Shown piece by piece: positions 23,801-39,400 of a stretch of 64,000 bases of DNA. Numbering within the stretch: position 1 is the first letter of the stretch; the number at the start of each line of letters is the position of its first letter. The stretch comes from Eledone cirrhosa (Eukaryota). The notes beneath the pieces were generated by a model. That model saw only the letters and a list, made by a program, of their open reading frames with translations, made no database searches and was not told where the DNA came from. The position numbers were made by a program, and so were the translations under genes. The stretch is from assembly GCA_964016885.1 (NCBI GenBank), contig CAXHJY010000955.1, forward strand, positions 62,001 through 126,000, written 5' to 3'.

Positions 23801-26800
23801 TTGGTGTAAATTTGGGAATAGAAATATATTGGTGTAAAGTTGGAATAGAAATATACTGGTGTAAAGTTGGGAATAGAAATATATTGGAGTAAGGTTGAAA
23901 TAGAAATATATTGGTGTAAATTTGGGAATAGAAATATGTTGGTGTAAAGTTGGGAATAGAAATATATTGGTGTAAAGTTGGGAATAGAAATATATTGGTG
24001 TAAAGTTGGAATAGAAATATATTGGTGTAAAGTTGGTATAGAAATATAATGGTGTAAAGTTGGGAATAGAAATATATTGGTGCAAAGTTGGGAATAGAAA
24101 TATATTGGTGCAAAGTTGGGAATAGAAATATATTGGAGCAAAGTTGGGAATAGAAATATATTGGTGTAAAGTTGGGAATAGAAATATATTGGAGTAAGGT
24201 TGGAATAGAAATATATTGGTGTAATGTTGGAATAGAAATATATTGGTGGAAAGTTGGGAATAGAAATATATTGGTGTAAAGTTGGGAATAGAAATATATT
24301 GGTGTAAAGTTTGAATAGAAATATATTGGTGTTAAGTTGGAATAGAAATATATTGGTGTAAAGTTGGAATAGAAATATATTGGTGTAAAGTTGGGAATAG
24401 AAATATATTGGAGTAAGGTTGAAATAGAAATATATTGGTGTAAATTTGGGAATAGAAATATGTTGGTGTAAAGTTGGGAATAGAAATATATTGGTGTAAA
24501 TTTGGGAATAGAAATATATTGGTGTAAAGTTGGAATAGAAATATACTGGTGTAAAGTTGGGAATAGAAATATATTGGAGTAAGGTTGAAATAGAAATATA
24601 TTGGTGTAAATTTGGGAATAGAAATATATTGGTGTAAAGTTGGAATAGAAATATATTGGTGTAAAGTTGGAATAGAAATATATTGGTGTAAAGTTGGGAA
24701 TAGAAATATATTGGTGTAAAGTTGGGAATAGAAATATTTTGGTGTAAAGTTGGGAATAGAAATATATTGGTGTAAAGTTGGATATAGAACTATTTTGGTG
24801 TAAAGTTGGGAATAGAAATATATTGGTGTAAAGTTGGGAACAGAAATATATTGGTGTAAAGTTGGAATAGAAATATATTGGTGTAAAGTTGGGAATAGAA
24901 ATATATTGGTGTAAAGTTGGAACAGAAATATATTGGTGTAAAGTTTGAATAGAAATATATTGGTGTAAAGTTGGGAATAGAATTATATTGGTGTAAAGTT
25001 GGAATAGAAATATATGGTGTAAAGTTGGAATAGAAATATAATGGTGTAAAGTTGGAATAGAAATATATTGGTGTAAAGTCGGAATAGAAATATATTGGTG
25101 TAAAGTTGAGAATAGAAATATATTGGTGTAAAGTTGGAATAGAAATATATTGGTGTAAAGTCGGAATAGAAATATATTGGTGTAAAGTTGGAATAGAAAT
25201 ATATGGGAGTAAAGTTGGGAATAGAAATATAATGGTGTAAAGTTGGAATAGAAATATATTGGTGTAAAGTCGGAATAGAAATATATTGGTGTAAAGTTGA
25301 GAATAGAAATATATTGGTGTAAAGTTGGAATAGAAATATATTGGTGTAAAGTCGGAATAGAAATATATTGGTGTAAAGTTGGAATAGAAATATATTGGTG
25401 CAAAGTTGGGAATAGAAATATATTGGAGTAAAGTTGGGAATAGAAATATATTGGTGTAAAGTTGGGAATAGAAATATATTGGTGTAAAGTTGGGAATAGA
25501 AATATATTGGTGCAAAGTTGGAATAGAAATATATTGGTGTAAAGTTGGGAATAGAAATATATTGGAGTAAAGTTGGGAAAAGAAATATATTGGTGCAAAG
25601 TTGAAATAGAAATATATTTGTGTAAAGTTGGAATAGAAATATATTGGTGTAAAGTTGGAATAGAAATATATTGGTGTAAAGTTGGGAATAGAAATATATT
25701 GGTGAAAAGTTGAAATAGAAATATATTGGTGTAAAGTTGGGAATAGAAATATATTGGTGTAAAGTTGGAATAGAAATATATTGGTGTAAAGTTGGGAATA
25801 GAAATATATTGGTGAATAGTTGGGAATAGAAATATATTGGTGTAAAGTTGGAATAGAAATATATTGGTGTAAAGTTGGAATAGAAATATAATGGTGTAAA
25901 GTTGGGAATAGAAATATATTGGTGCAAAGTTGGGAATAGAAATATACTGGAGTAAAGTTGGGAATAGAAATATATTGGTGTAAAGTTGGGAATAGAAATA
26001 TATTGGAGTAAAGTTGGGAATAGAAATATATTGGTGCAAAGTTGGAATAGAAATATATTGGTGTAAAGTTGGAAATAGAAATATTTTGGTGTAAAGTTGG
26101 GAATAGAAATATATTGGTGTAAAGTTGGAATAGAAATATATTGGTGTAAATTTGGAATAGAAATATATTGGTGTAAATTTGGGAATAGAAATATATTGGT
26201 GTAAAGTTGGAATAGAAATATACTGGTGTAAAGTTGGGAATAGAAATATATTGGAGTAAGGTTGAAATAGAAATATATTGGTGTAAAGTTGGGAATAGAA
26301 ATATATTGGTGTAAAGTTGGGAATAGAAATATATTGGTGTAAAGTTGGGAATAGAAATATATTGGTGTAAAGTTGGGAATAGAAATATATTGGTGTAAAG
26401 TTGGAATAGAAATATATTGGTGTAAAGTTGGAATAGAAATATAATGGTGTAAAGTTGGGAATTGAAATATATTGGTGCAAAGTTGGGAATAGAAATATAT
26501 GGGAGTAAAGTTGGGAATAGAAATATATTGGTGTAAAGTTGGGAATAGAAATATATTGGTGCAAAGTTGGAATAGAAATATATTGGTGTAAAGTTGGGAA
26601 TAGAAATATATTGGAGTAAAGTTGGGAATAGAAATATATTGGTGCAAAGTTGAAATAGAAATATATTGGTGTAAAGTTGGAATAGAAATATATTGGTGTA
26701 AAGTTGGGAATAGAAATATATTGGTGTAAAGTTGGGAATAGAAATATTTTGGTGTAAAGTTGGGAATAGAAATATATTGGTGTAAAGTTGGAATAGAAAT

Positions 26801-29800
26801 ATATTGGTGTAAATTTGGAATAGAAATATATTGGTGTAAATTTGGGAATAGAAATATATTGGTGTAAAGTTGGAATAGAAATATACTGGTGTAAAGTTGG
26901 GAATAGAAATATATTGGAGTAAGGTTGAAATAGAAATATATTGGTGTAAATTTGGGAATAGAAATATGTTGGTGTAAAGTTGGGAATAGAAATATATTGG
27001 TGTAAAGTTGGGAATAGAAATATATTGGTGTAAAGTTGGAATAGAAATATATTGGTGTAAAGTTGGTATAGAAATATAATGGTGTAAAGTTGGGAATAGA
27101 AATATATTGGTGCAAAGTTGGGAATAGAAATATATTGGTGCAAAGTTGGGAATAGAAATATATTGGAGCAAAGTTGGGAATAGAAATATATTGGTGTAAA
27201 GTTGGGAATAGAAATATATTGGAGTAAGGTTGGAATAGAAATATATTGGTGTAATGTTGGAATAGAAATATATTGGTGGAAAGTTGGGAATAGAAATATA
27301 TTGGTGTAAAGTTGGGAATAGAAATATATTGGTGTAAAGTTTGAATAGAAATATATTGGTGTTAAGTTGGAATAGAAATATATTGGTGTAAAGTTGGAAT
27401 AGAAATATATTGGTGTAAAGTTGGGAATAGAAATATATTGGAGTAAGGTTGAAATAGAAATATATTGGTGTAAATTTGGGAATAGAAATATGTTGGTGTA
27501 AAGTTGGGAATAGAAATATATTGGTGTAAATTTGGGAATAGAAATATATTGGTGTAAAGTTGGAATAGAAATATACTGGTGTAAAGTTGGGAATAGAAAT
27601 ATATTGGAGTAAGGTTGAAATAGAAATATATTGGTGTAAATTTGGGAATAGAAATATATTGGTGTAAAGTTGGAATAGAAATATATTGGTGTAAAGTTGG
27701 AATAGAAATATATTGGTGTAAAGTTGGGAATAGAAATATATTGGTGTAAAGTTGGGAATAGAAATATTTTGGTGTAAAGTTGGGAATAGAAATATATTGG
27801 TGTAAAGTTGGATATAGAACTATTTTGGTGTAAAGTTGGGAATAGAAATATATTGGTGTAAAGTTGGGAACAGAAATATATTGGTGTAAAGTTGGAATAG
27901 AAATATATTGGTGTAAAGTTGGGAATAGAAATATATTGGTGTAAAGTTGGAACAGAAATATATTGGTGTAAAGTTTGAATAGAAATATATTGGTGTAAAG
28001 TTGGGAATAGAATTATATTGGTGTAAAGTTGGAATAGAAATATATGGTGTAAAGTTGGAATAGAAATATAATGGTGTAAAGTTGGAATAGAAATATATTG
28101 GTGTAAAGTCGGAATAGAAATATATTGGTGTAAAGTTGAGAATAGAAATATATTGGTGTAAAGTTGGAATAGAAATATATTGGTGTAAAGTCGGAATAGA
28201 AATATATTGGTGTAAAGTTGGAATAGAAATATATGGGAGTAAAGTTGGGAATAGAAATATAATGGTGTAAAGTTGGAATAGAAATATATTGGTGTAAAGT
28301 CGGAATAGAAATATATTGGTGTAAAGTTGAGAATAGAAATATATTGGTGTAAAGTTGGAATAGAAATATATTGGTGTAAAGTCGGAATAGAAATATATTG
28401 GTGTAAAGTTGGAATAGAAATATATTGGTGCAAAGTTGGGAATAGAAATATATTGGAGTAAAGTTGGGAATAGAAATATATTGGTGTAAAGTTGGGAATA
28501 GAAATATATTGGTGTAAAGTTGGGAATAGAAATATATTGGTGCAAAGTTGGAATAGAAATATATTGGTGTAAAGTTGGGAATAGAAATATATTGGAGTAA
28601 AGTTGGGAAAAGAAATATATTGGTGCAAAGTTGAAATAGAAATATATTTGTGTAAAGTTGGAATAGAAATATATTGGTGTAAAGTTGGAATAGAAATATA
28701 TTGGTGTAAAGTTGGGAATAGAAATATATTGGTGAAAAGTTGAAATAGAAATATATTGGTGTAAAGTTGGGAATAGAAATATATTGGTGTAAAGTTGGAA
28801 TAGAAATATATTGGTGTAAAGTTGGGAATAGAAATATATTGGTGAATAGTTGGGAATAGAAATATATTGGTGTAAAGTTGGAATAGAAATATATTGGTGT
28901 AAAGTTGGAATAGAAATATAATGGTGTAAAGTTGGGAATAGAAATATATTGGTGCAAAGTTGGGAATAGAAATATACTGGAGTAAAGTTGGGAATAGAAA
29001 TATATTGGTGTAAAGTTGGGAATAGAAATATATTGGAGTAAAGTTGGGAATAGAAATATATTGGTGCAAAGTTGGAATAGAAATATATTGGTGTAAAGTT
29101 GGAAATAGAAATATTTTGGTGTAAAGTTGGGAATAGAAATATATTGGTGTAAAGTTGGAATAGAAATATATTGGTGTAAATTTGGAATAGAAATATATTG
29201 GTGTAAATTTGGGAATAGAAATATATTGGTGTAAAGTTGGAATAGAAATATACTGGTGTAAAGTTGGGAATAGAAATATATTGGAGTAAGGTTGAAATAG
29301 AAATATATTGGTGTAAAGTTGGGAATAGAAATATATTGGTGTAAAGTTGGGAATAGAAATATATTGGTGTAAAGTTGGGAATAGAAATATATTGGTGTAA
29401 AGTTGGGAATAGAAATATATTGGTGTAAAGTTGGAATAGAAATATATTGGTGTAAAGTTGGAATAGAAATATAATGGTGTAAAGTTGGGAATTGAAATAT
29501 ATTGGTGCAAAGTTGGGAATAGAAATATATGGGAGTAAAGTTGGGAATAGAAATATATTGGTGTAAAGTTGGGAATAGAAATATATTGGTGCAAAGTTGG
29601 AATAGAAATATATTGGTGTAAAGTTGGGAATAGAAATATATTGGAGTAAAGTTGGGAATAGAAATATATTGGTGCAAAGTTGAAATAGAAATATATTGGT
29701 GTAAAGTTGGAATAGAAATATATTGGTGTAAAGTTGGAATAGAAATATATTGGTGTAAAGTTGGGAATAGAAATATATTGGTGTAAAGTTGGGAATAGAA

Positions 29801-32800
29801 ATATATTGGAGTAAGGTTGGAATAGAAATATATTGGTGTAATGTTGCAATAGAAATATATTGGTGGAAAGTTGGGAATAGAAATATATTGGTGTAAAGTT
29901 GGGAATAAAAATATATTGGTGTAAAGTTGGGAATAGAAATATTTTGGTGTAAAGTTGGGAATAAAAATATATAGGTGTAAAGTTGGAATAGAAATATATT
30001 GGTGTAAATTTGGAATAGAAATATATTGGTGTAAATTTGGGAATAGAAATATATTGGTGTAAAGTTGGAATAGAAATATATTGGTGTAAAGTTGGGAATA
30101 GAAATATATTGGAGTAAGGTTGAAATAGAAATATATTGGTGTAAAGTTGGGAATAGAAATATATTGGTGTAAAGTTGGGAATAGAAATATATTGGTGTAA
30201 AGTTGGGAATAGAAATATATTGGTGTAAAGTTGGGAATAGAAATATATTGGTGTAAAGTTGGAATAGAAATATATTGGTGTAAAGTTGGAATAGAAATAT
30301 AATGGTGTAAAGTTGGGAATAGAAATATATTGGTGCAAAGTTGGGAATAGAAATATATTGGAGTAAAGTTGGGAATAGAAATATATTGGTGTAAAGTTGG
30401 GAATAGAAATATATTGGAGTAAAGTTGGTAATAGAAATATATTGGTGCAAAGTTGGAATAGAAATATATTGGTGTAAAGTTGGAATAGAAATATATTGGT
30501 GTAAAGTTGGGAATAGAAATATATTGGTGTAAAGTTGGGAATAGAAATATTTTGGTGTAAAGTTGGGAATAGAAATATATTGGTGTAAAGTTGGAATAGA
30601 AATATATTGGTGTACATTTGGAATAGAAATATATTGGTGTAAATTTGGGAATTGAAATAAATTGGTGTACAGTTGGAATAGAAATATACTGGTGTCAAGT
30701 TGGGAATAGAAATATATTGGAGTAAGGTTGAAATAGAAATATATTGGTGTAAATTTGGGAATAGAAATATGTTGGTGTAAAGTTGGGAATAGAAATATAT
30801 TGGTGTAAAGTTGGGAATAGAAATATATTGGTGTAAAGTTGGAATAGAAATATATTGGTGTAAAGTTGGTATAGAAATATAATGGTGTAAAGTTGGGAAT
30901 AGAAATATATTGCTGCAAAGTTGGGAATAGAAATATATTGGTGCAAAGTTGGGAATAGAAATATATTGGAGCAAAGTTGGGAATAGAAATATATTGGTGT
31001 AAAGTTGGGAATAGAAATATATTGGAGTAAGGTTGGAATAGAAATATATTGGTGTAATGTTGGAATAGAAATATATTGGTGGAAAGTTGGGAATAGAAAT
31101 ATATTGGTGTAAAGTTGGGAATAGAAATATATTGGTGTAAAGTTGGAATAGAAATATATTGGTGTAAAGTTGGAATAGATATATATTGGTGTAAAATTGG
31201 GAATAGAAATATATTGGAGTAAGGTTGAAATAGAAATATATTGGTGTAAAGTTGGGAATAGAAATATATTGGTGTAAAGTTGGGAATAGAAATATATTGG
31301 TGTAAAGTTGGGAATAGAAATATTTTGGTGTAAAGTTGGGAATAGAAATATATTGGTGTAAAGTTGGAATAGAAATATATTGGTGTAAAGTTGGGAATAG
31401 AAATATATTGGTGTAAAGTTGGGAATAGAAATATATTGGTGTAAAGTTGGAAAAGAAATATATTGGAGTAAAGTTGGGAATAGAAATATATTGGTGTAAA
31501 GTTGGGAATAGAAATATATTGGTGTAAAGTTGGAATAGAAATATATTGGTGTAAAGTTGGAATAGAAATATATTGGTGTAAAGTTGGAAATAGAAATATA
31601 TTGGTGTAAAGTTGGAATAGAAATATATTGGTGTAAAGTTGGGTATAGAAATATATTGGTGTAAAGTTGGAATAGAAATATATGGTGTAAAGTTGGAATA
31701 GAAATATATTGGTGTAAAGTTAGAATAGAAATATATTGGTGTAAAATTGGGAATAGAAATATATTGGTGAATAGTTGGGAATAGAAATATATCGGTGGAA
31801 TGTTGGGAATAGAAATATATTGGTGTAAAGTTGGGAATAGAAATATATTGGTGTAAAGTTGGAATAGAAATATATTGGTATAAAGTTGGGAATAGAAATA
31901 TATTGGAGTAAGGTTGAAAAAGAAATGTAGTGGTGTAAATTTGGGAATAGAAATATATTGGTGTAAAGTTGGGAATAGAAATATATTGGTGTAAAGTTGG
32001 GAATAGAAATATATTGGTGTAAAGTTGGGAATAAAAATATATTGGTGTAAAGTTGGAATAGAAATATGTTGGTGTAAAGTTGGAATAGAAATATAATGGT
32101 GTAAAGTTGGGAATAGAAATATATTGGTGCAAAGTTGGGAATAGAAATATATTGGAGTAAAGTTGAGAATAGAAATATATTGGTGTAAAGTTGGGAATAG
32201 AAATATATTGGTGCAAAGTTGAAATAGAAATATATTGGTGTAAAGTTGGAATAGAAATATATTGGTGTAAAGTTGGAATAGAAATATATTGGTGTAATGT
32301 TGGGAATAGAAATATATTGGTGTAAAGTTGGAATAGAAATATATTGGTGTAAAGTTGGGAATAGAAATATATTGGAGTAAGGTTGGAATAGAAATATATT
32401 GGTGTAATGTTGGAATAGAAATATATTGGTGGAAAGTTGGCAATAAAAATATATTGGTGTAAAGTTGGGAATAGAAATATATTGGTGTAAAGTTGGAATA
32501 GAAATATATTGGTGTTAAGTTGGAATAGAAATATATTGGTGAAAAGTTGGAATAGAAATATATTGGTGTAAAGTTGGGAATAGAAATATATTGGAGTAAG
32601 GTTGAAATAGAAATATATTGGTGTAAAGTTGGGAATAGAAATATTTCGGTGTAAAGTTGAGAATAGAAATATATTGGTGTAAAGTTGGAATAGAAATATA
32701 TTGGTGTAAAGTTGGGAATAGAAATATATTGGTGTAAAGTTGGGAATAGAAATATTTTGGTGTAAAGTTGGGAATAGAAATATATTGGTGTAAAGTTGGA

Positions 32801-35800
32801 ATAGAAATATATTGGTGTAAATTTGGGAATAGAAATATATTGGTGTAAAGTTGGAATAGAAATATACTGGTGTAAAGTTGGGAATAGAAATATATTGGAG
32901 TAAGGTTGAAATAGAAATATATTGGTGTAAATTTGGGAATAGAAATATGTTGGTGTAAAGTTGGGAATAGAAATATATTGGTGTAAAGTTGGGTATAGAA
33001 ATATATTGGTGTAAAGTTGGAATAGAAATATATTGGTGTAAAGTTGGTATAGAAATATAATGGTGTAAAGTTGGGAATAGAAATATATTGGTGCAAAGTT
33101 GGGAATAGAAATATATTGGTGCAAAGTTGGGAATAGAAATATATTGGAGCAAAGTTGGGAATAGAAATATATTGGTGTAAAGTTGGGAATAGAAATATAT
33201 TGGAGTAAGGTTGGAATAGAAATATATTGGTGTAATGTTGGAATAGAAATATATTGGTGGAAAGTTGGGAATAGAAATATATTGGTGTAAAGTTGGGAAT
33301 AGAAATATATTGGTGTAAAGTTTGAATAGAAATATATTGGTGTTAAGTTGGAATAGAAATATATTGGTGTAAAGTTGGAATAGAAATATATTGGTGTAAA
33401 GTTGGGAATAGAAATATATTGGAGTAAGGTTGAAATAGAAATATATTGGTGTAAAGTTGGGAATAGAAATATATTGGTGTAAAGATGGGAATAGAAATAT
33501 ATTGGTGTAAAGTTGGGAATAGAAATATTTTGGTGTAAAGTTGGGAATAGAAATATATTGGTGTAAAGTTGGAATAGAAATATATTGGTGTAAAGTTGGG
33601 AATAGAAATATATTGGTGTAAAGTTGGGAATAGAAATATATTGGTGTAAAGTTGGAATAGAAATATATTGGAGTAAAGTTGGGAATAGAAATATATTGGT
33701 GTAAAGTTGGGAATAGAAATATATTGGTGTAAAGTTGGAATAGAAATAAATTGGAATAAAGTTGGGAATAGAAATATATTGGTGTAAAGTTGGAATAGAA
33801 ATATATTGGTGTAAAGTTGGAATAGAAATATATTGGTGTAAAGTTGGAAATAGAAATATATTGGTGTAAAGTTGGAATAGAAATATATTGGTGTAAAGTT
33901 GGGTATAGAAATATATTGGTGTAAAGTTGGAATAGAAATATATGGTGTAAAGTTGGAATAGAAATATATTGGTGTAAAGTTAGAATAGAAATATATTGGT
34001 GTAAAATTGGGAATAGAAATATATTGGTGAATAGTTGGTAATAGAAATATATCGGTGGAATGTTGGGAATAGAAATATATTGGTGTAAAGTTGGGAATAG
34101 AAATATATTGGTGTAAAGTTGGAATAGAAATATATTGGTGTAAAGTTGGAATAGAAATATATTGGTGTAAAGTTGGGAATAGAAATATATTGGTGTAAAG
34201 TTGGGAATAGAAATATATTGGAGTAAGGTTGGAATAGAAATATATTGGTGTAATGTTGCAATAGAAATATATTGGTGGAAAGTTGGGAATAGAAATATAT
34301 TGGTGTAAAGTTGGGAATAAAAATATATTGGTGTAAAGTTGGGAATAGAAATATTTTGGTGTAAAGTTGGGAATAGAAATATATTGGTGTAAAGTTGGAA
34401 TAGAAATATATTGGTGTAAATTTGGAATAGAAATATATTGGTGTAAATTTGGGAATAGAAATATATTGGTGTAAAGTTGGAATAGAAATATATTGGTGTA
34501 AAGTTGGGAATAGAAATATATTGGAGTAAGGTTGAAATAGAAATATATTGGTGTAAAGTTGGGAATAGAAATATATTGGTGTAAAGTTGGGAATAGAAAT
34601 ATATTGGTGTAAAGTTGGGAATAGAAATATATTGGTGTAAAGTTGGGAATAGAAATATATTGGTGTAAAGTTGGAATAGAAATATATTGGTGTAAAGTTG
34701 GAATAGAAATATAATGGTGTAAAGTTGGGAATAGAAATATATTGGTGCAAAGTTGGGAATAGAAATATATTGGAGTAAAGTTGGGAATAGAAATATATTG
34801 GTGTAAAGTTGGGAATAGAAATATATTGGAGTAAAGTTGGTAATAGAAATATATTGGTGCAAAGTTGGAATAGAAATATATTGGTGTAAAGTTGGAATAG
34901 AAATATATTGGTGTAAAGTTGGGAATAGAAATATATTGGTGTAAAGTTGGGAATAGAAATATTTTGGTGTAAAGTTGGGAATAGAAATATATTGGTGTAA
35001 AGTTGGAATAGAAATATATTGGTGTAAATTTGGAATAGAAATATATTGGTGTAAATTTGGGAATAGAAATATATTGGTGTAAAGTTGGAATAGAAATATA
35101 CTGGTGTCAAGTTGGGAATAGAAATATATTGGAGTAAGGTTGAAATAGAAATATATTGGTGTAAAGTTGGAATAGAAATATACTGGTGTAAAGTTGGGAA
35201 TAGAAATATATTGGAGTAAGGTTGAAATAGAAATATATTGGTGTAAATTTGGGAATAGAAATATATTGGTGTAAAGTTGGAATAGAAATATATTGGTGTA
35301 AAGTTGGGAATAGAAATATATTGGAGTAAGGTTGGAATAGAAATATATTGGTGTAATGTTGGAATAGAAATATATTGGTGGAAAGTTGGCAATAAAAATA
35401 TATTGGTGTAAAGTTGGGAATAGAAATATATTGGTGTAAAGTTGGAATAGAAATATATTGGTGTTAAGTTGGAATAGAAATATATTGGTGAAAAGTTGGA
35501 ATAGAAATATATTGGTGTAAAGTTGGGAATAGAAATATATTGGAGTAAGGTTGAAATAGAAATATATTGGTGTAAAGTTGGGAATAGAAATATTTCGGTG
35601 TAAAGTTGAGAATAGAAATATATTGGTGTAAAGTTGGAATAGAAATATATTGGTGTAAAGTTGGGAATAGAAATATATTGGTGTAAAGTTGGGAATAGAA
35701 ATATTTTGGTGTAAAGTTGGGAATAGAAATATATTGGTGTAAAGTTGGAATAGAAATATATTGGTGTAAATTTGGAATAGAAATATATTGGTGTAAATTT

Positions 35801-36430
35801 GGGAATAGAAATATATTGGTGTAAAGTTGGAATAGAAATATACTGGTGTAAAGTTGGGAATAGAAATATATTGGAGTAAGGTTGAAATAGAAATATATTG
35901 GTGTAAATTTGGGAATAGAAATATGTTGGTGTAAAGTTGGGAATAGAAATATATTGGTGTAAAGTTGGGAATAGAAATATATTGGTGTAAAGTTGGAATA
36001 GAAATATATTGGTGTAAAGTTGGTATAGAAATATAATGGTGTAAAGTTGGGAATAGAAATATATTGGTGCAAAGTTGGGAATAGAAATATATTGGTGCAA
36101 AGTTGGGAATAGAAATATATTGGAGCAAAGTTGGGAATAGAAATATATTGGTGTAAAGTTGGGAATAGAAATATATTGGAGTAAGGTTGGAATAGAAATA
36201 TATTGGTGTAATGTTGGAATAGAAATATATTGGTGGAAAGTTGGGAATAGAAATATATTGGTGTAAAGTTGGGAATAGAAATATATTGGTGTAAAGTTTG
36301 AATAGAAATATATTGGTGTTAAGTTGGAATAGAAATATATTGGTGTAAATTTGGAATAGAAATATATTGGTGTAAAGTTGGGAATAGAAATATATTGGAG
36401 TAAGGTTGAAATAGAAATATATTGGTGTAA
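18444..36430. repeat. Long-range duplication: about 18.4-24.4 kb is copied at about 30.5-36.4 kb (offset 12,014, then 11,987)
   Basis: ORF-track pair 18681/30695 differs by 12014. Pairs 20528/32515, 21137/33124, 21993/33980, 23477/35464 and 24085/36072 differ by 11987. The 27-bp change in offset equals one repeat unit. Confidence 0.88.
23625..29735. repeat. Higher-order tandem duplication, period 3,030 bp (boundaries approximate)
   Basis: Rare variant GATATAGAACTATTTT at 24781 and 27811. ORF-track ends 24085/27115, 24141/27171, 24790/27820 and 24983/28013 all differ by 3030. Confidence 0.92.
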
Positions 36431-39400
36431 AGTTGGGAATAGAAATATATTGGTGTAAAGATGGGAATAGAAATATATTGGTGTAAAGTTGGGAATAGAA
36501 ATATTTTGGTGTAAAGTTGGGAATAGAAATATATTGGTGTAAAGTTGGAATAGAAATATATTGGTGTAAAGTTGGGAATAGAAATATATTGGTGTAAAGT
36601 TGGGAATAGAAATATATTGGTGTAAAGTTGGAATAGAAATATATTGGAGTAAAGTTGGGAATAGAAATATATTGGTGTAAAGTTGGGAATAGAAATATAT
36701 TGGTGTAAAGTTGGAATAGAAATAAATTGGAATAAAGTTGGGAATAGAAATATATTGGTGTAAAGTTGGAATAGAAATATATTGGTGTAAAGTTGGAATA
36801 GAAATATATTGGTGTAAAGTTGGAAATAGAAATATATTGGTGTAAAGTTGGAATAGAAATATATTGGTGTAAAGTTGGGTATAGAAATATATTGGTGTAA
36901 AGTTGGAATAGAAATATATGGTGTAAAGTTGGAATAGAAATATATTGGTGTAAAGTTAGAATAGAAATATATTGGTGTAAAATTGGGAATAGAAATATAT
37001 TGGTGAATAGTTGGTAATAGAAATATATCGGTGGAATGTTGGGAATAGAAATATATTGGTGTAAAGTTGGGAATAGAAATATATTGGTGTAAAGTTGGAA
37101 TAGAAATATATTGGTGTAAAGTTGGAATAGAAATATATTGGTGTAAAGTTGGGAATAGAAATATATTGGTGTAAAGTTGGGAATAGAAATATATTGGAGT
37201 AAGGTTGGAATAGAAATATATTGGTGTAATGTTGCAATAGAAATATATTGGTGGAAAGTTGGGAATAGAAATATATTGGTGTAAAGTTGGGAATAAAAAT
37301 ATATTGGTGTAAAGTTGGGAATAGAAATATTTTGGTGTAAAGTTGGGAATAGAAATATATTGGTGTAAAGTTGGAATAGAAATATATTGGTGTAAATTTG
37401 GAATAGAAATATATTGGTGTAAATTTGGGAATAGAAATATATTGGTGTAAAGTTGGAATAGAAATATATTGGTGTAAAGTTGGGAATAGAAATATATTGG
37501 AGTAAGGTTGAAATAGAAATATATTGGTGTAAAGTTGGGAATAGAAATATATTGGTGTAAAGTTGGGAATAGAAATATATTGGTGTAAAGTTGGGAATAG
37601 AAATATATTGGTGTAAAGTTGGGAATAGAAATATATTGGTGTAAAGTTGGAATAGAAATATATTGGTGTAAAGTTGGAATAGAAATATAATGGTGTAAAG
37701 TTGGGAATAGAAATATATTGGTGCAAAGTTGGGAATAGAAATATATTGGAGTAAAGTTGGGAATAGAAATATATTGGTGTAAAGTTGGGAATAGAAATAT
37801 ATTGGAGTAAAGTTGGTAATAGAAATATATTGGTGCAAAGTTGGAATAGAAATATATTGGTGTAAAGTTGGAATAGAAATATATTGGTGTAAAGTTGGGA
37901 ATAGAAATATATTGGTGTAAAGTTGGGAATAGAAATATTTTGGTGTAAAGTTGGGAATAGAAATATATTGGTGTAAAGTTGGAATAGAAATATATTGGTG
38001 TAAATTTGGAATAGAAATATATTGGTGTAAATTTGGGAATAGAAATATATTGGTGTAAAGTTGGAATAGAAATATACTGGTGTCAAGTTGGGAATAGAAA
38101 TATATTGGAGTAAGGTTGAAATAGAAATATATTGGTGTAAATTTGGGAATAGAAATATGTTGGTGTAAAGTTGGGAATAGAAATATATTGGTGTAAAGTT
38201 GGGAATAGAAATATATTGTTGTAAAGTTGGAATAGAAATATATTGGTGTAAAGTTGGTATAGAAATATAATGGTGTAAAGTTGGGAATAGAAATATATTG
38301 GTGCAAAGTTGGGAATAGAAATATATTGGTGCAAAGTTGGGAATAGAAATATATTGGAGCAAAGTTGGGAATAGAAATATATTGGTGTAAAGTTGGGAAT
38401 AGAAATATATTGGAGTAAGGTTGGAATAGAAATATATTGGTGTAATGTTGGAATAGAAATATATTGGTGGAAAGTTGGGAATAGAAATATATTGGTGTAA
38501 AGTTGCGAATAGAAATATATTGGTGTAAAGTTGGAATAGAAATATATTGGTGTTAAGTTGAAATAGAAATATATTGGTGTAAAGTTGGGAATAGAAATAT
38601 ATTGGTGTAAAGTTGGGAATAGAAATATATTGGTGTAAATTTGGGAATAGAAATATTTTGGTGTAAAGTTGGGAATAGAAATATATTGGTGTAAAGTTGG
38701 AATAGAAATATATTGGTGTAAAGTTGGGAATAGAAATATATTGGTGTAAAGTTGGGAATAGAAATATATTGGTGTAAAGTTGGAAAAGAAATATATTGGA
38801 GTAAAGTTGGGAATAGAAATATATTGGTGTAAAGTTGGGAATAGAAATATATTGGTGTAAAGTTGGAATAGAAATATATTGGTGTAAAGTTGGAATAGAA
38901 ATATATTGGTGTAAAGTTGGAAACAGAAATATATTGGTGTAAAGTTGGAATAGAAATATATTGGTGTAAAGTTGGGTATAGAAATATATTGGTGTAAAGT
39001 TGGAATAGAAATATATGGTGTAAAGTTGGAATAGAAATATATTGGTGTAAAGTTAGAATAGAAATATATTGGTGTAAAGTTGGGAATAGAAATATTTCGG
39101 TGTAAAGTTGAGAATAGAAATATATTGGTGTAAAGTTGGAATAGAAATATATTGGTGTAAAGTTGGGAATAGAAATATATTGGTGTAAAGTTGGGAATAG
39201 AAATATTTTGGTGTAAAGTTGGGAATAGAAATATATTGGTGTAAAGTTGGAATAGAAATATATTGGTGTAAATTTGGAATAGAAATATATTGGTGTAAAT
39301 TTGGGAATAGAAATATATTGGCGTAAAGTTGGAATAGAAATATACTGGTGTAAAGTTGGGAATAGAAATATATTGGAGTAAGGTTGAAATAGAAATATAT

